DNA of 63,993 nucleotides, the filler included, from Asterionella formosa (taxonomy: Eukaryota), in the NCBI GenBank assembly GCA_002256025.1. It is 6 parts of 6 records of this genome, joined end to end, with 100 filler letters (N's around TTAATTAATTAA, not from the genome) between each part and the next. Parts side by side here need not be neighbours in the genome. Positions count along the whole stretch, not along the records: positions 10,803 to 21,497 come from NKIB01009251.1; positions 21,598 to 32,258 come from NKIB01009264.1; 4 more parts are not named here. The stretch is one strand, 5' to 3'. The notes under the pieces are model-generated. The model had not been told where the DNA came from. It searched no databases and worked only from the letters and a program-made list of their open reading frames with translations. The translations under genes and the position numbers were made by a program. Position 1 is the stretch's first letter. Every line of letters starts with the position of its first letter. Positions 11,994 through 25,795 of the stretch are shown here, one piece after another.

Positions 11994-13289
11994 TTAAAGC
12001 ATACATTGTCAGTATTTGGGTCAAAGTTTGAAAATTAACATGTTGGCATTTGGTGGGGTTAAACCGTTTTTTTCTCCTGTTCAGTGGCTGGGTCACAGCG
12101 GTTCCAAATTTTTTAGTGGGTCACAGCAGTTTTTTACTGGTAGCTGGTAATAACGATCATGATGAATTATATGGAATGTGGACCACGTATCGAGGTCAAT
12201 ACGCACATTATCGTTGGGTGCACAAAGACTATACTTTGGGTAGCCATTGTAGAGATGGTATGTTATTTTTTAGCTTTCGGTTGGATACAGATTCTATCAT
12301 ATCATTACACTTGCTTTTTTTATTCCCTCTGACAGTGTTGACTGGCACAACCATTTTACCGGACACTGAGGCTGGTGTGTTCCGTTTGTACCAGGCAGCT
12401 ACATATGACAAAATTCTACACACGGCCGAGTATATGGAGAAACGGAATCCAGTATTAGCTTGGATGTAATGCTTGATGTCGAAATCGAGAATCACATCAT
12501 CAGCATATCACAGTGTCATGTATTGCAGCTGGTATAATTTCACCAGGGTGGAAATCGTAACAGCATGCATACTAAGCACGCATATCAAAAAACATACTAC
12601 TTGCCTACAGGGTCTTTTACGTAGCGCGTTGGCCACCATGGCGGAAAGTTCGCTTTCCCGCGATCGCAATGACAATATAAACGAATCCAACACGGCATCA
12701 ATCTCAACATTTGGCGATTTATCTCCAATTCGAAATACTGAGGGAAACGATCTATCCATGATTGACTTTGAAGCGGAATAAGCTTTGATGACAACAGAAC
12801 CACCATATGACCCAAATGAAAATCAGGTGAATGTTACGGAAATGTCATTTAATGAAGACAGCATTACTTTAGGTGGAGAACAGAAGTCGATTAATAATAC
12901 AACCCATCCAAGAACGCAAACCACGGTCCACCAATACAATCTCAATGACAACACGATGGCAGTAATGGATGCCTATTCCACAGTTTACAATGAGAAGATT
13001 TACAATGAACCGAATTCTATACTTCAAAACAGTACTAAGGCGATCATGAATATAAAGCCACAATTTGAAAAGATCCATAAACAGTCCGCAGCAACAGCAG
13101 GCATGTCAACCCAAGGTACACTACAGAAATACGATAAGGAATTGAGGCCCGGCACTCAATATAGAAATAATGAGGAAGGTTGCTGCACCCTTAAAAGTCT
13201 ACGATGGAGAATTACAGGATACAACAGAGATCTTTAGCCAGAAATCATGCAGCAATCAGTACCACAAGGAAGGAAAAACGAAACATAAT

Positions 13290-14100
13290 TCCAAAATGTA
13301 CTTAGATATTCCAAGTAGTAATTGATGAAGAACCTCAAATGGAGTTGCACCAAATAGTCCTTTTCTAAGTCACCACGAAAAAATGTTTTATTATTGGAGG
13401 CATCATTGGATTATGCAATATAACACAGCACCACGTGTTTGCTGTTGTGTATTTGCCATTAGATTGGGAGACACAATACTCAGGTGGGATACATGGTAAT
13501 TTTCCATCGGGATATGCATTTTTGTCAAGAAATTTGTTTAAAAACATTTTAACATTTGACACTTTACGACGTTCACATCCAATATCGGGATTATCAGCAT
13601 CTTCAGTTGAAAACGACAAACATATCGTCGATATAATCCATTACCACCCCTGAAACACACCGCAAATTTTGTTGTGCTCTTCTGTATCACCAATGATCAT
13701 TCCAATCTGGAAATAAACTTTTGTCATACCAAGACCATGAACCCAAATATTGTATGACTTGTTTGAATCGCTTTTCGAAAGGCGACAATAGAAACCCTGT
13801 AACAGAATGGTATAATTTGAGTTGACATACGGACAAGTCGTCACCAGATAACTTATTATTCATTTGTTTCTCCAGATCACTGACTTCAATGTCTGGCAGA
13901 AGAGAAACAAATTGCCATCCATCAACTTTTTTCATTCCTTCCTTCTAACGCTAAGTTTACCATTGTCAACAAAAACGGATAAGTTAATGACAGTGTAACG
14001 GTTCCACTGCCATTAACTTCTTTCCTTGAATGATTCGATGCACTACCGCAATAAATAGTTTCATTATGTATTCCAGGAACACGATGTTCTTGCATACAAT
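13290..14100 (-). pseudogene. Degenerate Plavaka/CACTA(CMC)-type transposase
   Basis: Frameshifted fragments in the expected order: PFLLTMVNL..GR....GWQFVSLLPD; MIIGDTEEHNKICG; ADNPDIGC; LFGATPFEVLHQLLLGISKY. Confidence 0.7.
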
Positions 14101-15353
14101 GTCGACAGTGACCATATGCATAGAAAACACGGTTGCTACAATTTCGGTTGTGAGACTCAGATGGGGATTTGTTCTTCCGAAATTTGGAGTTACACAGATA
14201 ACACCATTGCAATGTCCGCAAAGACATTTCAAATTTCAAATGATGACAAAGTCAGGATATGAACAGGATAGAATGAAAATGAATTATTATATAATAATAA
14301 ATTTAGCATCACTCCGATCATGCTGTGCTGGACAATACAGAGTCGTGAAATTATCACTCCACCATAGTAGTAAAAATGGAGGTATACCGCTACATACAGT
14401 ACAGGCGCCACTACTAGTAGTATAGAGCAACATCAATCTTTTCCTAACATCTATGATATGGTTTGTGCATTGTAGAAGTCTCACACTAACTATATTTATT
14501 ATGCAACTACTAAAAATGCATTGGATTCTATTAGCTAGATCCATTCAAAATCAACGTCGTCATCAATGTCCCGTTGATTAATGCGTTCATTGTAATCAAT
14601 ATTCTTCTCAGGAACATTTGGTTGAAGTGGTTCAACAAATTGAAGCATATCCTCTTTACTTACATTGGGAAATGAGAAGTATGAGTGTGGGTAGATAATA
14701 TTTGTTGTGGAAGTAGCAATTCCACTAGGATTCCTTCCATATTCAGATCGATTCTTTTGTGAGAGTCCAGTGTAGATTTCCTTATAATAACCAAGTATAT
14801 CAATGTCATCAGTCCATTGATCAATGAGACCACTCGAAACTGAACTTTCTTCCCTCACACTTTTTTAATAAGTGGTTTCCCACCAATGTCGACAAAATCA
14901 GTAGAATGACGAATATCGTTCTCTGAAATTTTCTGCGTATCTGGATTGAAACCCAAATATTTTTGTTGCAATCGGAATTTTCCTTTCAGCACCAAGAAGC
15001 AAAAGGCTTCTGTACTGGCATTGATCAGCGAACCAACAAAACGTGATTGCAATTCACACTGTGCCCGAAGATTCTCCACGGCTCGTCCTGCCTATAAAAT
15101 ACACCGGAGCAAGAACATCACGCCAGACTTGGTATCCTTGGCTTCCCCAGTCAATGTCCTTTGACTGCGCAAAACGATAAAGCGTGAACGCCCACCTAAT
15201 AAATCCATCAATATCCATAGCCTGGAAGTTATATTCTGTTAGACCAGCTGGTGTGTCATGAATTATGTTAGCATTTTTAAATTGAAACATATTTGATAAA
15301 TAAGAATATAATCACCAAATCAAAACATCATGCCATGTTGGTACGTTCAATGG

Positions 15354-15480
15354 TCAGGGGAGTGGCTTAGTGGTTAGCACACCCACTGTGGTGGCGGGTT
15401 CGATTCCTGCATTTTCCACCTGTCTTTTTCATGTAGTCCCTAGGGTTCCGGGGGGTGCGGCTGACGAAAATACAGGTCCC
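15354..15480 (+). repeat. tRNA-headed dispersed repeat, family B, copy 1
   Basis: A box TGGCTTAGTGG and B box GGTTCGATTCC with a shortened anticodon region. The body matches the reverse complement of 23997-24134. Confidence 0.7.
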
Positions 15481-16748
15481 GTTGTACCGTACGGCCAAAT
15501 AAAACCGCTACTAATTGTGTCCATCTAGTTGGTGGGCCCGAGTGCAATTATTGGATAGCTTTAATGTACTATAAAATTTAATTGACATTTTAATTTTGGT
15601 TCGCTCAATGGTCTGATTCAACAGAAGTAGTGCATCAGAACCATTCCATATGAAATCGGCAAGCGCTGGGTCACTCTCCAATTCTTTGCCTAACTCCGGT
15701 TTCACTGTGTATAGCCGAGTTAGGCAGGTCAACATTGGGCAAACCAATCCTGTTTGTGATTGGAAATGCCTTTCATACTACTTGGATCAGATAGGCACCA
15801 AGGCGGGATGTTTGATTCTCTTTTGGGACCAGAAAAAAGCACATTAGATTGATATTCTTTTTTCCAGTACCTGCAATTCGCAAACTATAATCTCAAACTT
15901 ACATGTTCACAGCAAAACCTCTTGGTCTTGAAAAAAAACTAACAACCGTCGTCACAATTGATGATTCAATTTTAGCTAAGCGGGAACGACGTTATGATGA
16001 GGCTGCTGAAATTGAAGATTCTTGATAACCTCTCTTATGGACGAGTTTTGAACCGAATTTCGATCTTTGCAGTGATTGAGTTCCTTGACCAATTGATAAT
16101 ATCCTTTAGTAAGTGCAAAATGTTTTTCTCTCAGTTTGTCATGTACTTGTTGGTGCGTGCAAATTAGAAAATTTATGATATGGTGGTAGTACCATGTTGT
16201 CCGTCTGCATCCGGGAGTTATTAATGGTATCATTGACATGAGCCATTTTTCTTGTATCAACAACTGAGAAAAAATCGTCATCATCGCTTTCAGTATCAAT
16301 TACGGGATCCTTTGTACTAGTAGCTGATGGTGTTCCCATCGACAATGGGACAGTACCCCCACTAACTCTTCCCTGTCGCCGATTGGGTTCCTTTGGATAA
16401 TCGCCTACTATTCGCTTTTTCTTTGTTAACTCATTTTGGTACTTGCTTCTTTGTTCCATACCGGCAGTATTTGCCACATGTCGCTTGTTTCCATGAATCT
16501 CTTTATGGTTTTTTGAAGATATTGCTTGTACTACTAGATATCTGTTGTCGTTCTCTTCCTTAAAGTTCGATGATCTTAAAATCAGGTGTTGCTAGCTACA
16601 ATGAAATGAATCATCAGCCACTACATATACTATTTTACGCTGTCTAGATATGATACCATAAAACCAACAGTGCTATTTACATTATCATATACAAAATCAG
16701 AACCGAGTTTGAGTAATAGTAGCATATTTTGTTTTCAATTATACGATT

Positions 16749-17178
16749 ATACGATCCTAAAAATATGATGATTTACTGTCCCGCTGCAGTAGCAACAGTC
16801 ATGAACATATGGTGTTCTGTTGCTCGCTTACTACTCCAACTACTTTCTTTCAATTTTACAATCATACGATCCTGAAACTATGATGATTTACTGTCCCGCT
16901 GCAGTAGCAACAGTCATGAACATATGGTGTTCTGTTGCTCGTTTACTACTCCGACTATCCCTTTTCAATTTTATGATCATACGATCCTAAAACCATGATG
17001 ATTTAATATCCCGCTGCAGCAGCAGCAGTCATGAACATATGGTGCTTTGTTGCTTGCTTACTACTCCGACTTTCCTTTTTCAATTCTATTATCATACGAT
17101 CCAAAAACTATGATGATTTACTGTCCCACTGCAGTAGCAACAGTCATGAACATATGGTGTTCTGTTGCTTGCTAACTA
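16749..17178. repeat. 115-bp tandem repeat, ~3.7 copies
   Basis: ATACGATCC unit starts at 16749, 16864, 16979 and 17094. Confidence 0.9.
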
Positions 17179-19411
17179 CCTGGTACCCCGCCCAGTATAT
17201 CACTTCCTACCTGATACTGGTACAGAAGAACACCCGCCCAACAAAAGGGGCTTAAACAATTTGATACAAAAATCCTCGCGAATAAATAATGATACAAATG
17301 GGTTATGACTTGCTTAGTACACCAATTGAATGGTCTAAATAATTAGTTCCAACGGACGTAGAAAATATTGATGCAAAAACATTTCAAAAAAACAGTACCG
17401 GTACACGAAGTCATGGAAAACAATGGACATATCGTGCATTGAATATTTTCGAATTATCTATATGCAAATATGATCATCTCAACAATACCAGACGTTCCAT
17501 ATTGAGAGTGCCTTTGATTTTTATAAATGTACGACACTTGATATATTAATATATTTACAAATTTTATAACTATATACATGGCAAGCAAATATATTTGAAA
17601 TCGTTCTGTCATGTTAACAAACAATGCCTGCTGCTTCATGAAAAGATATGTCGTAGTTAAGCATATGACAAGCAAAGAAAGTTTATGCAATTGCAATACA
17701 TAACGAAAAACATTGTGGCTACGACACATTGCGCCTTCGAAGGATGGAGCATGTTTAAATTAATGAAGCCATCTATGTTGTACTTGGATGACAATTGTTG
17801 GGAGGCAGGACAACAGCAAATTGTAAACTAAACGCACATTTCCTTTTCTCTCAGTTGATTCAACAGCTCGTTTCGCTTGTTGGGGAGCACCAATGTAAAA
17901 CAAAACGATATTGGTAAGTGCTCTTGTTATTGGACTTATTCACTTCGGATGGAACATAACTGACGGGCATACCACTTCACCTTCTCTCAAAGTTTAGCTA
18001 ACGAAAATGAATCGGTAAGTTTTATTCGGCAACATTGGAAACCTGAAACTTACTTATTCAAGAATTCACTGACAATTTACTATTACAGACTTATGCATCA
18101 CTTGCTTTGATTTGGCTGTGGTAAGTGAAACAAGCAAGAGGATATGATGGAATGGCGTGATGTTGTTGTGTCAGTGTAACATGTCTAGCTAACAAGTCAT
18201 TCCTTCTCATTGTTACTGTAACTGCATAGGACAGCCAATGAAACCGATCAAACAACAGAATAGTCGGCAAGCTCAGAATGACACTAACAGCAGGGAGAGA
18301 GACACAACATTGGTAAGGCATTGATTGGGACAAGATTCAGAAAAAAGGAAGAAAAGGGCGAGACAGGAACAACATACATTGAGCCGAGTAGAGAGAGAAA
18401 CGTTGGGTAGCTGGCATGTAGAATAACAGATAGCATTGCTAATTTTGAGAGTTAAATTTCGATCCATTTCAATCTATTTTGAACAATGCTTGTGATTAGA
18501 ATTATGATCATGTTTACGATAGATTTGCGATGAAACAATTTAAATGATAGCATAGAGTTGAGCTGATTTTAGGATGCGTTGTAGTAATAATTTACATTGG
18601 GCAATCATGAGAATTGAAAATAATATGAGAAGGTTTATGATATTCATGAGAAATGTTGTTGATCATTTGTTATACATTGTGTGACGATAATGTTCTTATT
18701 ATCATTATACTTCAAGGTCAATAAAATATTAATAAATCATCATAGTTATAGGATAAATTGATCATAATTTTGATCCAAAAATTATCATATATACGAAAAT
18801 CCGACCCTCACGTGCGTAGAAATTTGGTCTGTTGGCAACATAATCCTTCATATGCGAAAAGTAAAGACACGCACTGTTGGTGCCGGTGAATCGATGCAAC
18901 TGTTATGCATGGTAAAGCTATGGTCGTGAAAGTTTGTAAGCAAGCTTAATATGATAGTAGTCTTCAGCTGCCAGGTACCAGTACCAGGGAACCAGGGACG
19001 AACCAGGTAGTAAGTAACCTACCGGTATATACCGGTACGGTACTTGGGTGTAAAATTTGAGTTAGATTAGTGCGGAACTGTACACTATATTGACATAATG
19101 AGTTCTGTTCATCAACGTATTTGCAAACTACCACTGTTACATAAAATTATATATAGAATAAACTGATGTCGTTCACACATATGATACCATACCGGTACCA
19201 ATAACAGTTCATGTAACATGTATGATTATTTTATGTCGCAGAGATTTGTAGAAAAGCGTATTTATGGACGAGTCGTCTCCATATCGGCACGCAGATTGAA
19301 AAAACCTAACTCTGGCTTTACCCAGATTTTAATGCACTTCGAACTACTGGTACCGGCATGTAATTGGGATGTGTGTTGTGTGTTGTGTGTTGTGCACCAC
19401 CCCCAACAAGG

Positions 19412-21497
19412 TGTTGAGGGGAACCTTGTTGTGAATAAAGGTGAACTACAATATTATGACTATTCTATTTCTGTTTCGAGTACATCGTTGTTAGCACTCA
19501 TGCGTACCTAATCTGGTGGCTGCGCCAGTATGGTTCGTACGGTGCATGTATGAAGCATCATATGCAGATATTAACACACCCTCACCAACAGATTGAGACA
19601 GAAGAACAGGAGCTGGGGTGGAGATGATATCAGCATCGGAAGCCAAGCATGCATAATAGTTAGGAGCACTAGGGAGGGATGGCGGGCAATGGAGATAATG
19701 CAGGCGCATCAACATATGATGGGAAGCGGGATGATGTTTAGTGAAATAATCAGCATGATTCAAACTACCTTTTTTCCAGAATACAAGAAATTGGCGTTGG
19801 CGAACCCGATCGCATACCCAGTAATAACGCATATTCATAGCTTTGGAACGTTTTTGTCGGACGGTATCATTGGCAATGCCACTGGCAGTGCTATTATCGG
19901 TGACAATAAGGGTAGAAGGTTGGGGATGACCAAGCTCAACAAGAATGTTGCAAATAGCATATGCCTATTCTTTGCCATTGTGGAACAAAGCAGCTAATTC
20001 GGCCTCAGCAGCACTTGATAAAACCTCCTTAAGAATTTGACAGTGTACGTAAATAGCACCGTTAAGAGGAGGGATGGACGTAGTGAGGCTAGGCGGAGAC
20101 AAGGGTTTACAGTTGAGAAAGTGAATGCCGGCAGCGCGGGAGCAACCACATGTTTTCAGAGAGATAGGAAGCATCGCTTTCAACATGGAGGACCATGTCA
20201 CTGGCAGTAAAGTTAAGTGTGGCCTCAGGATGATTGGCACAATAATTGAGAAGGTGAGTAATAGCAGTCAAGGTAGCCACAGTGGGGGTTGCTTGTTGTG
20301 TGGCCAATGTACCAAGGGCCGGCAACATAGTACAGTCAATAGCATGGGCATAATACAATAAAGTACCAAGAATCTCTTGCACACGTGTTTTATCATGGAG
20401 GTCAAGGACAGGTGTGACATCAGAAACAACAAATTGCTGGCGAGCACCATAACTAGGTGCAGTCCAGGCATGGGGGGCATGTTGTGGGTGTGTTGGGGTG
20501 GAGTGCATGAATCGTTGTAGAGCACGAACAATGTAACCAGGCATAGTGAGGTCAACTGTGCGATGTTTGTAGTCCCACGTCAGTGTAAGGCCAATGTAAT
20601 GAGAGCCAGTCCAATCAGTTGTGAGTCGGTATTTGGTACGTAAAGTGGTGAGGAGACGGTCCACGTCACTACGTTTGGTGTAACGTACACCAAAATCATC
20701 AACAACAAGCGTAAACATGAGATCACTGGTGGTATCCATCCATAGGCCAGGGGTGACTGGGCAGGGGAGGTAATGATGCGGGAGCAAGAACTGAGCAAGT
20801 TGATCATTGGCAAGTTTACCAGCCTGAGGCAGCCCATACATGCCACGACAGATTTCGGCATAGATGTGCCCATCAATGATTTTGGGAGCTAGGTTGTAGA
20901 GGGTTTGAATGTGTGGGGGGATCATCCATATAGGAATGCGCACGTATTCATACTCGGCAGGTGCAAGATGACTTTCCAGATAAAAATCAGATAAATCCAG
21001 AGTCATGAAGCGGCCACCGGGGGTACTGATGGTGCTGTTGAACAAACATTTTGCAGTAGTGAGATCAGCAGTCTTGGTGCTGACATTGCCAGTGTAAATG
21101 ACACGATCACCCCCCAGCAGTCCAACGAACGCGTTGGGGAATGGTTTTTTCAGGGCGATCGGCACACACAATGCGGATGTAAGTGGCGCGTTTGTGTGCG
21201 GGCATTTCATGCTTATGAATGAAGAAACAGCAATTAGTACCCGTTGGCATGTCAGAATGGGGTCCCAAGCCCTGAAATAACCGGCCAATTTCTAAGCCAT
21301 TGGCGGTGGCCCACAGGGGAGCAGTGCTGCAAGTCAATAATTCTCGATATCCAGCAATTTTGCCATTGTCAGGGTTGATAGCGGTGCCATGGAAACAAAA
21401 ATTAGTGGCCAGGGGAGTAGCACTGGTTTGAGGAGGGGCGGAGAGAGCACAGTTGGCAAGCAAAGATTGGGTGTGGGGACGGCTGGCGTGTGGTGCA
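19412..21497 (-). mobile_element. Ty1/Copia (CoDi-like) retrotransposon, 3' part: RT and RNase H pseudogene, PPT and 165-bp 3' LTR (19412-19576)
   Basis: RGMYGLPQAG, LVVDDF, SDASYL, SSAAEAE, MNMRYYWV, NHADYFTKHH, with frameshifts. LTR TGTTAATATC...CCTCAACA follows the purine tract GGTGAGGGTG. Confidence 0.92.
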
Positions 21498-21597
21498 NNN
21501 NNNNNNNNNNNNNNNNNNNNNNNNNNNNNNNNNNNNNNNNNTTAATTAATTAANNNNNNNNNNNNNNNNNNNNNNNNNNNNNNNNNNNNNNNNNNNN

Positions 21598-22262
21598 GCC
21601 TCACTACGTCCATCCCTCCTCTTAACGGTGCTATTTACGTACACTGTCAAATTCTTAAGGAGGTTTTATCAAGTGCTGCTGAGGCCGAATTAGCTGCTTT
21701 GTTCCACAATGGCAAAGAGGCATATGCTATTCGCAACATTCTTGTTGAGCTTGGTCATCCCCAACCTTCTACCCGTATTGTCACCGATAATAGCACTGCC
21801 AATGATACCGTCCGACAAAAACGCTCCAAAGCTATGGATATGCGTTATTACTGGGTACGCAATCGGGTTCGCCAAGGCCAATTTCTTGTATACTGGAAAA
21901 AAGGTAGTTTGAATCGTGCTGATTATTTCACTAAACATCATCCCGCTTCCCATCATATGTTGATGCGCCCGCACTATCTCCATTGCCCTCCATCCCTCCC
22001 TAGTCCTCCTAACTATTATGCGTGCTTGGCTTCCGATGCTGATCTCATCTCCACCCCAGCTCCTGTTCTTCTGCCTGAATCTGTTGGTAAGGGTGTGTTA
22101 ATATCTGCATATGATGCTCCATACATGCGCCGTACAAACCATACCGGCGCAGCCACCAGATTAGGTACATGCATGAGTGCTAACAACGATGTACTCAAAA
22201 CAGCAATAGAATAGTCATAATATTGTAGTTCACCTTTATTCATGACAAGGTTCCCCTCAACA
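21598..22262 (+). mobile_element. Second copy of the same Copia family: RNase H end and 3' LTR (22096-22262)
   Basis: TDNSTA, SKAMDMRYYWVR, NRADYFTKHH. Reverse-complement homolog of 19412-20090 with substitutions and a 12-bp deletion. Confidence 0.92.
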
Positions 22263-23996
22263 CCTGGTACCTGGTACCTTGGTTGTTCCAGCCTCCAGGT
22301 GCTGCAGAAAGGAGATTTGAAGAATCCACTATCCTCCTCAGCACGACGATGCATGATCGTTCTTTGCCTCAGCGCGCGTAGCCAGGAACTGAGATACTAT
22401 CTTATACTGGGCGCGCTCTGATAATAAAAAGTTATTACATCATGTGTGAATTATAACACAAATTATATTGGCGATTGACTACATAAAAACATCGTCATGC
22501 TCTGATAATCAAGATATTTTGAGTTCCATAATTTCACCAGTATCAGTCACTGACCAGCATGTCGGCTTTCCTCTCCTCATCTCATGATGACAAAGATGAT
22601 AACATGAGTGAACTTAAAAAAAGAAACGGAGACATAGAAATTTCAGCTTTTCTCAAGAAGCAAGTCTTTGATCATCAAATCAGGCCAACAGAACTTTCAC
22701 AACAAGGTATTGCTCTCCAGCCAAGAGCGACTTTTCACTCCTAAACAAAGACAGTCAGAGGAACATGCATCGTTTGTTTGCCCATGCTATGTACTGAGCC
22801 CAACCCATTCCTGCTTTTCAACAAGAAGTTCTTATCAATCCCCATAGGAATGGAGGTTAAATCAATCAAGTTTTCGATGAAATAAAAAATCAATCTCATC
22901 AAAGGCAAGAGCGATTGACAGCACGCCCAACTTATTCCCGACTTTCAACGACAAGATTGTATCAATTCTTCCCATGGGGATGGAGGTGAATTCAATCCAG
23001 TCTTGATGACATTGAAAATCAATTTCAACAGCTTCGAGAGAAATTGGCAGCAAATCCAAATGTATTGCAGCTTGTAGATGGAGATGATCATGAGGTTCCA
23101 GCGGAGAAATTCAGTGGACTGCGTTTTGTCTTTTTTGGTAAGAGCAATCCATTTCGGGTATGAACAAGCAAGTCTTGATATATTACGGGAAAGTATATGT
23201 AGTCATTCATGACTAAACATCTTCTTATATAATGCACTGTAGGAGGTACGGTAATCTACATAGGCGTGGGTTCTTCATGTGCGTTGTATACAGTATTCCC
23301 GGTAGCTATGAGAACTTATTTATAGATATTCTGGTATGCAGATTTGTCTAGCAAATAATACAAAGGATGATATTACCGTACCTGGTACCTCGGTGTGCGC
23401 ATAGGTACTGGTAGCATCCTTGACTCCTTCCATTTTCCAGTACCAGGTACTACATGCTGATAAATAAATATGTACTAAGGGTATACAGTTACTGGAGCAC
23501 TTCACATGTACAAACTCGAACATTGCTCTAGCGGGTAGTTTACACATATGTCACATACTTGAAACGTTTAGTAAATAAACATAATTTGTTGTTCATCTTT
23601 TCCTTTATGTAGTCAACTCCTTTTCGACTTAATTGGTACCGGATTTTTTGAGACCCCTCATATGAGATAAAACGATAAGGAGCTGACCATGATGGTTTCA
23701 TTGGATGAATGGCGAAGAGCTCCTCCTTCAATGGAAGCCACTATTCTAACTATAGAGGCTATTACTTTTTTTGATACTATATATTGTTCAAATTTTAACT
23801 TCACTTACATTAAGCACTTTAAGACTACTCATTTGATAGACGGGTAGTCTGTGTTGCGCTTGCTGGCGCCGCCAGCCCTGATGTTCATGTACGTATGTAC
23901 TTACTTACCAGCCCATAATCATCCCAACAAACACAGTGACTTTGGGTGCTGGCGTGCAGGGATCTGTACCGGTTTTCATCATCTGTATGGAAAAAT

Positions 23997-24134
23997 GGGT
24001 ACCTGTCTTTTTTAATTCATTAGCTGCACCCCTGGAACCCTATGGGCCACATGAAAAAGAAAGAAAGGTGGAGAATACAGGAATCGAACCCGCCACCTAT
24101 GAAGGCGTCCTAACCAACTAAGCAATCCCCCTGA
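23997..24134 (-). repeat. tRNA-headed dispersed repeat, family B, copy 2
   Basis: Reverse complement reads TCAGGGGGATTGCTTAGTTGGTTAG...GGCGGGTTCGATTCCTGTATTCTCCACC...TAGGGTTCCAGGGGTGCAGCT, matching 15354-15480. Confidence 0.7.
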
Positions 24135-25795
24135 TATATATTTTTATGTATGTAGCTAAAGCATTAATTGATTGTAATTGGCATAAGGAACAAACTCAAC
24201 ATGGTGATGTGTTTGGTCTCCTGACGATGCAAGCATCAAGAGAAATCACTGTCATCCCAGCAGCCTATTGTATTCACATCCCAATGGAAATATACCTTAG
24301 CTAGATTCAGTGTACAAATATCACAGGGTTAAACATCTTGTGTGAGGATGATGAAATAAAGAACAATAATGTGGAAGAAAATGCGATGGTGATGGTGTTG
24401 CTCAGAAAAGTTTCCAATCATTTTACTGTTACATTCACAATTTTAATGACTGGTTGCTAAAGGCAAAAAATACATTGTCAGGGATTTACTACTAGTTTAA
24501 ATATTAAATTAGCTATTCCCCAATTCTCAAATTGTTGTGTATGCAAAATTTTGTCATTTTACATAACAAAATGTATGGAATTTGTGATAAGCAATTGCAG
24601 TTGAAGGGAAGGTGCTCAACAAATGTTTACCGAGAATTCCAGATTTTTCATATGTATAATTGTGTACTCCTTAGGGATACGGTTTGTACAATTTCGACCA
24701 TTCCCCCAATTTTGATACATTCAAATTCTTGAGGAAAATAGAGGATTGGCATACAATGTTTCAGTTCAAAGGAAATCTTTTGTTGTAAGTACCCTGGCAT
24801 CTTGCTCGAGTTTGTGCTTCCTAGAGAAGGGCTCCATGTGTAGTACTAGATCCTTGCCAACCCAGTTACTCCATAATACTATACCGGTAAGTATATTATA
24901 TAAATATAATGAAGAATCGAATAATTTAAGCTAAATAATTGTTTACAAACGCTTATCAGTGCTACTATAGTGGGTACCCTGAGCAGCACGAGTCCTGCCA
25001 CCAGCATGCATACTAGTAGGGTGGAATGATATAATACTTATATCGGGTACCACCAGGGTACCAGCAATTGTCACGTATGATGACCCTCGCATGTAGCATG
25101 TGAATACTCAAATAGCTGTTTTCATCACTTCGGCCAGAAAAAGAGAAAATTTGAGTTTGTAGAGAAAAAAGCAAAGTTAGCAAGACTTGCTTACTTTTGC
25201 TTTGGGCCGCCCCTCTATTGCCCAGGTCATTGCGTCATTTTCTCTTTTCAGCCATTTGACTCCTCGATTTATTGTTTCCGAGTTTATAGAAAATAATTAT
25301 TCGCATCACTAACAAGTTGTGATACTGTCGATTCAAAGAGAGGGTGGATGATGCTCCCTATTTAGTCTTATTGAGCACCTGTCCTGCGTCGTGTCGTCCT
25401 TTTCAGCAAAATTACCGCAATTTGCACCACAGACCGGGTATGCTGGGACTCGATGTATGTACCATAATACCAAAAACCACCAAGGGCCATGGAAGAAGCG
25501 GCCATTTCCATTCCCCATTCACCTCCACCACTGATAATGGCGCCTGCAGTTTTTATCATTGCTTCTTGCTTGAACGAGACATTTCTAAGAATGACACGCA
25601 TGATTCAACTGTCTTGCTATGTAAACTAGTAGTACTATCTACTGCCATGTTATGTTTTGAAAATTGAATAGCTCTTTTGAATGATTACCAGCAAATTCTC
25701 TCATGCAAATGGGGGCATGACTGGCTGCCCTGGAAGCATTTTCATCCAGGAATGTAGTGGGTACGACACTTCAAATGAGTTGAAGCAAAGTTATG

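Larger units (their letters stand above)
12180..18814 (-). mobile_element. Large decayed CACTA/Plavaka-like element (boundaries approximate)
   Basis: Contains the transposase relic and further broken ORFs (ASTEAFCFLVL at ~15000). The 17730-18500 segment is homologous to 44100-44830. Candidate terminus ...GACCCTCACGTG at 18814. Confidence 0.5.

Noticed and set aside
15354..15425. Functional tRNA genes at the tRNA-like heads
   Set aside because: No canonical anticodon arm or well-paired acceptor stem; copies are diverged and share flanking bodies.
16749..17178. 115-bp (and 194-bp at 31745-32258) arrays as CRISPR-like
   Set aside because: Whole units are homologous, with no unique spacers and no cas-like ORFs.
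19412..22262. Inverted pair of Copia copies as a composite or fold-back element
   Set aside because: The copies lie on either side of an artificial spacer; both scaffolds simply end in the same repeat family.
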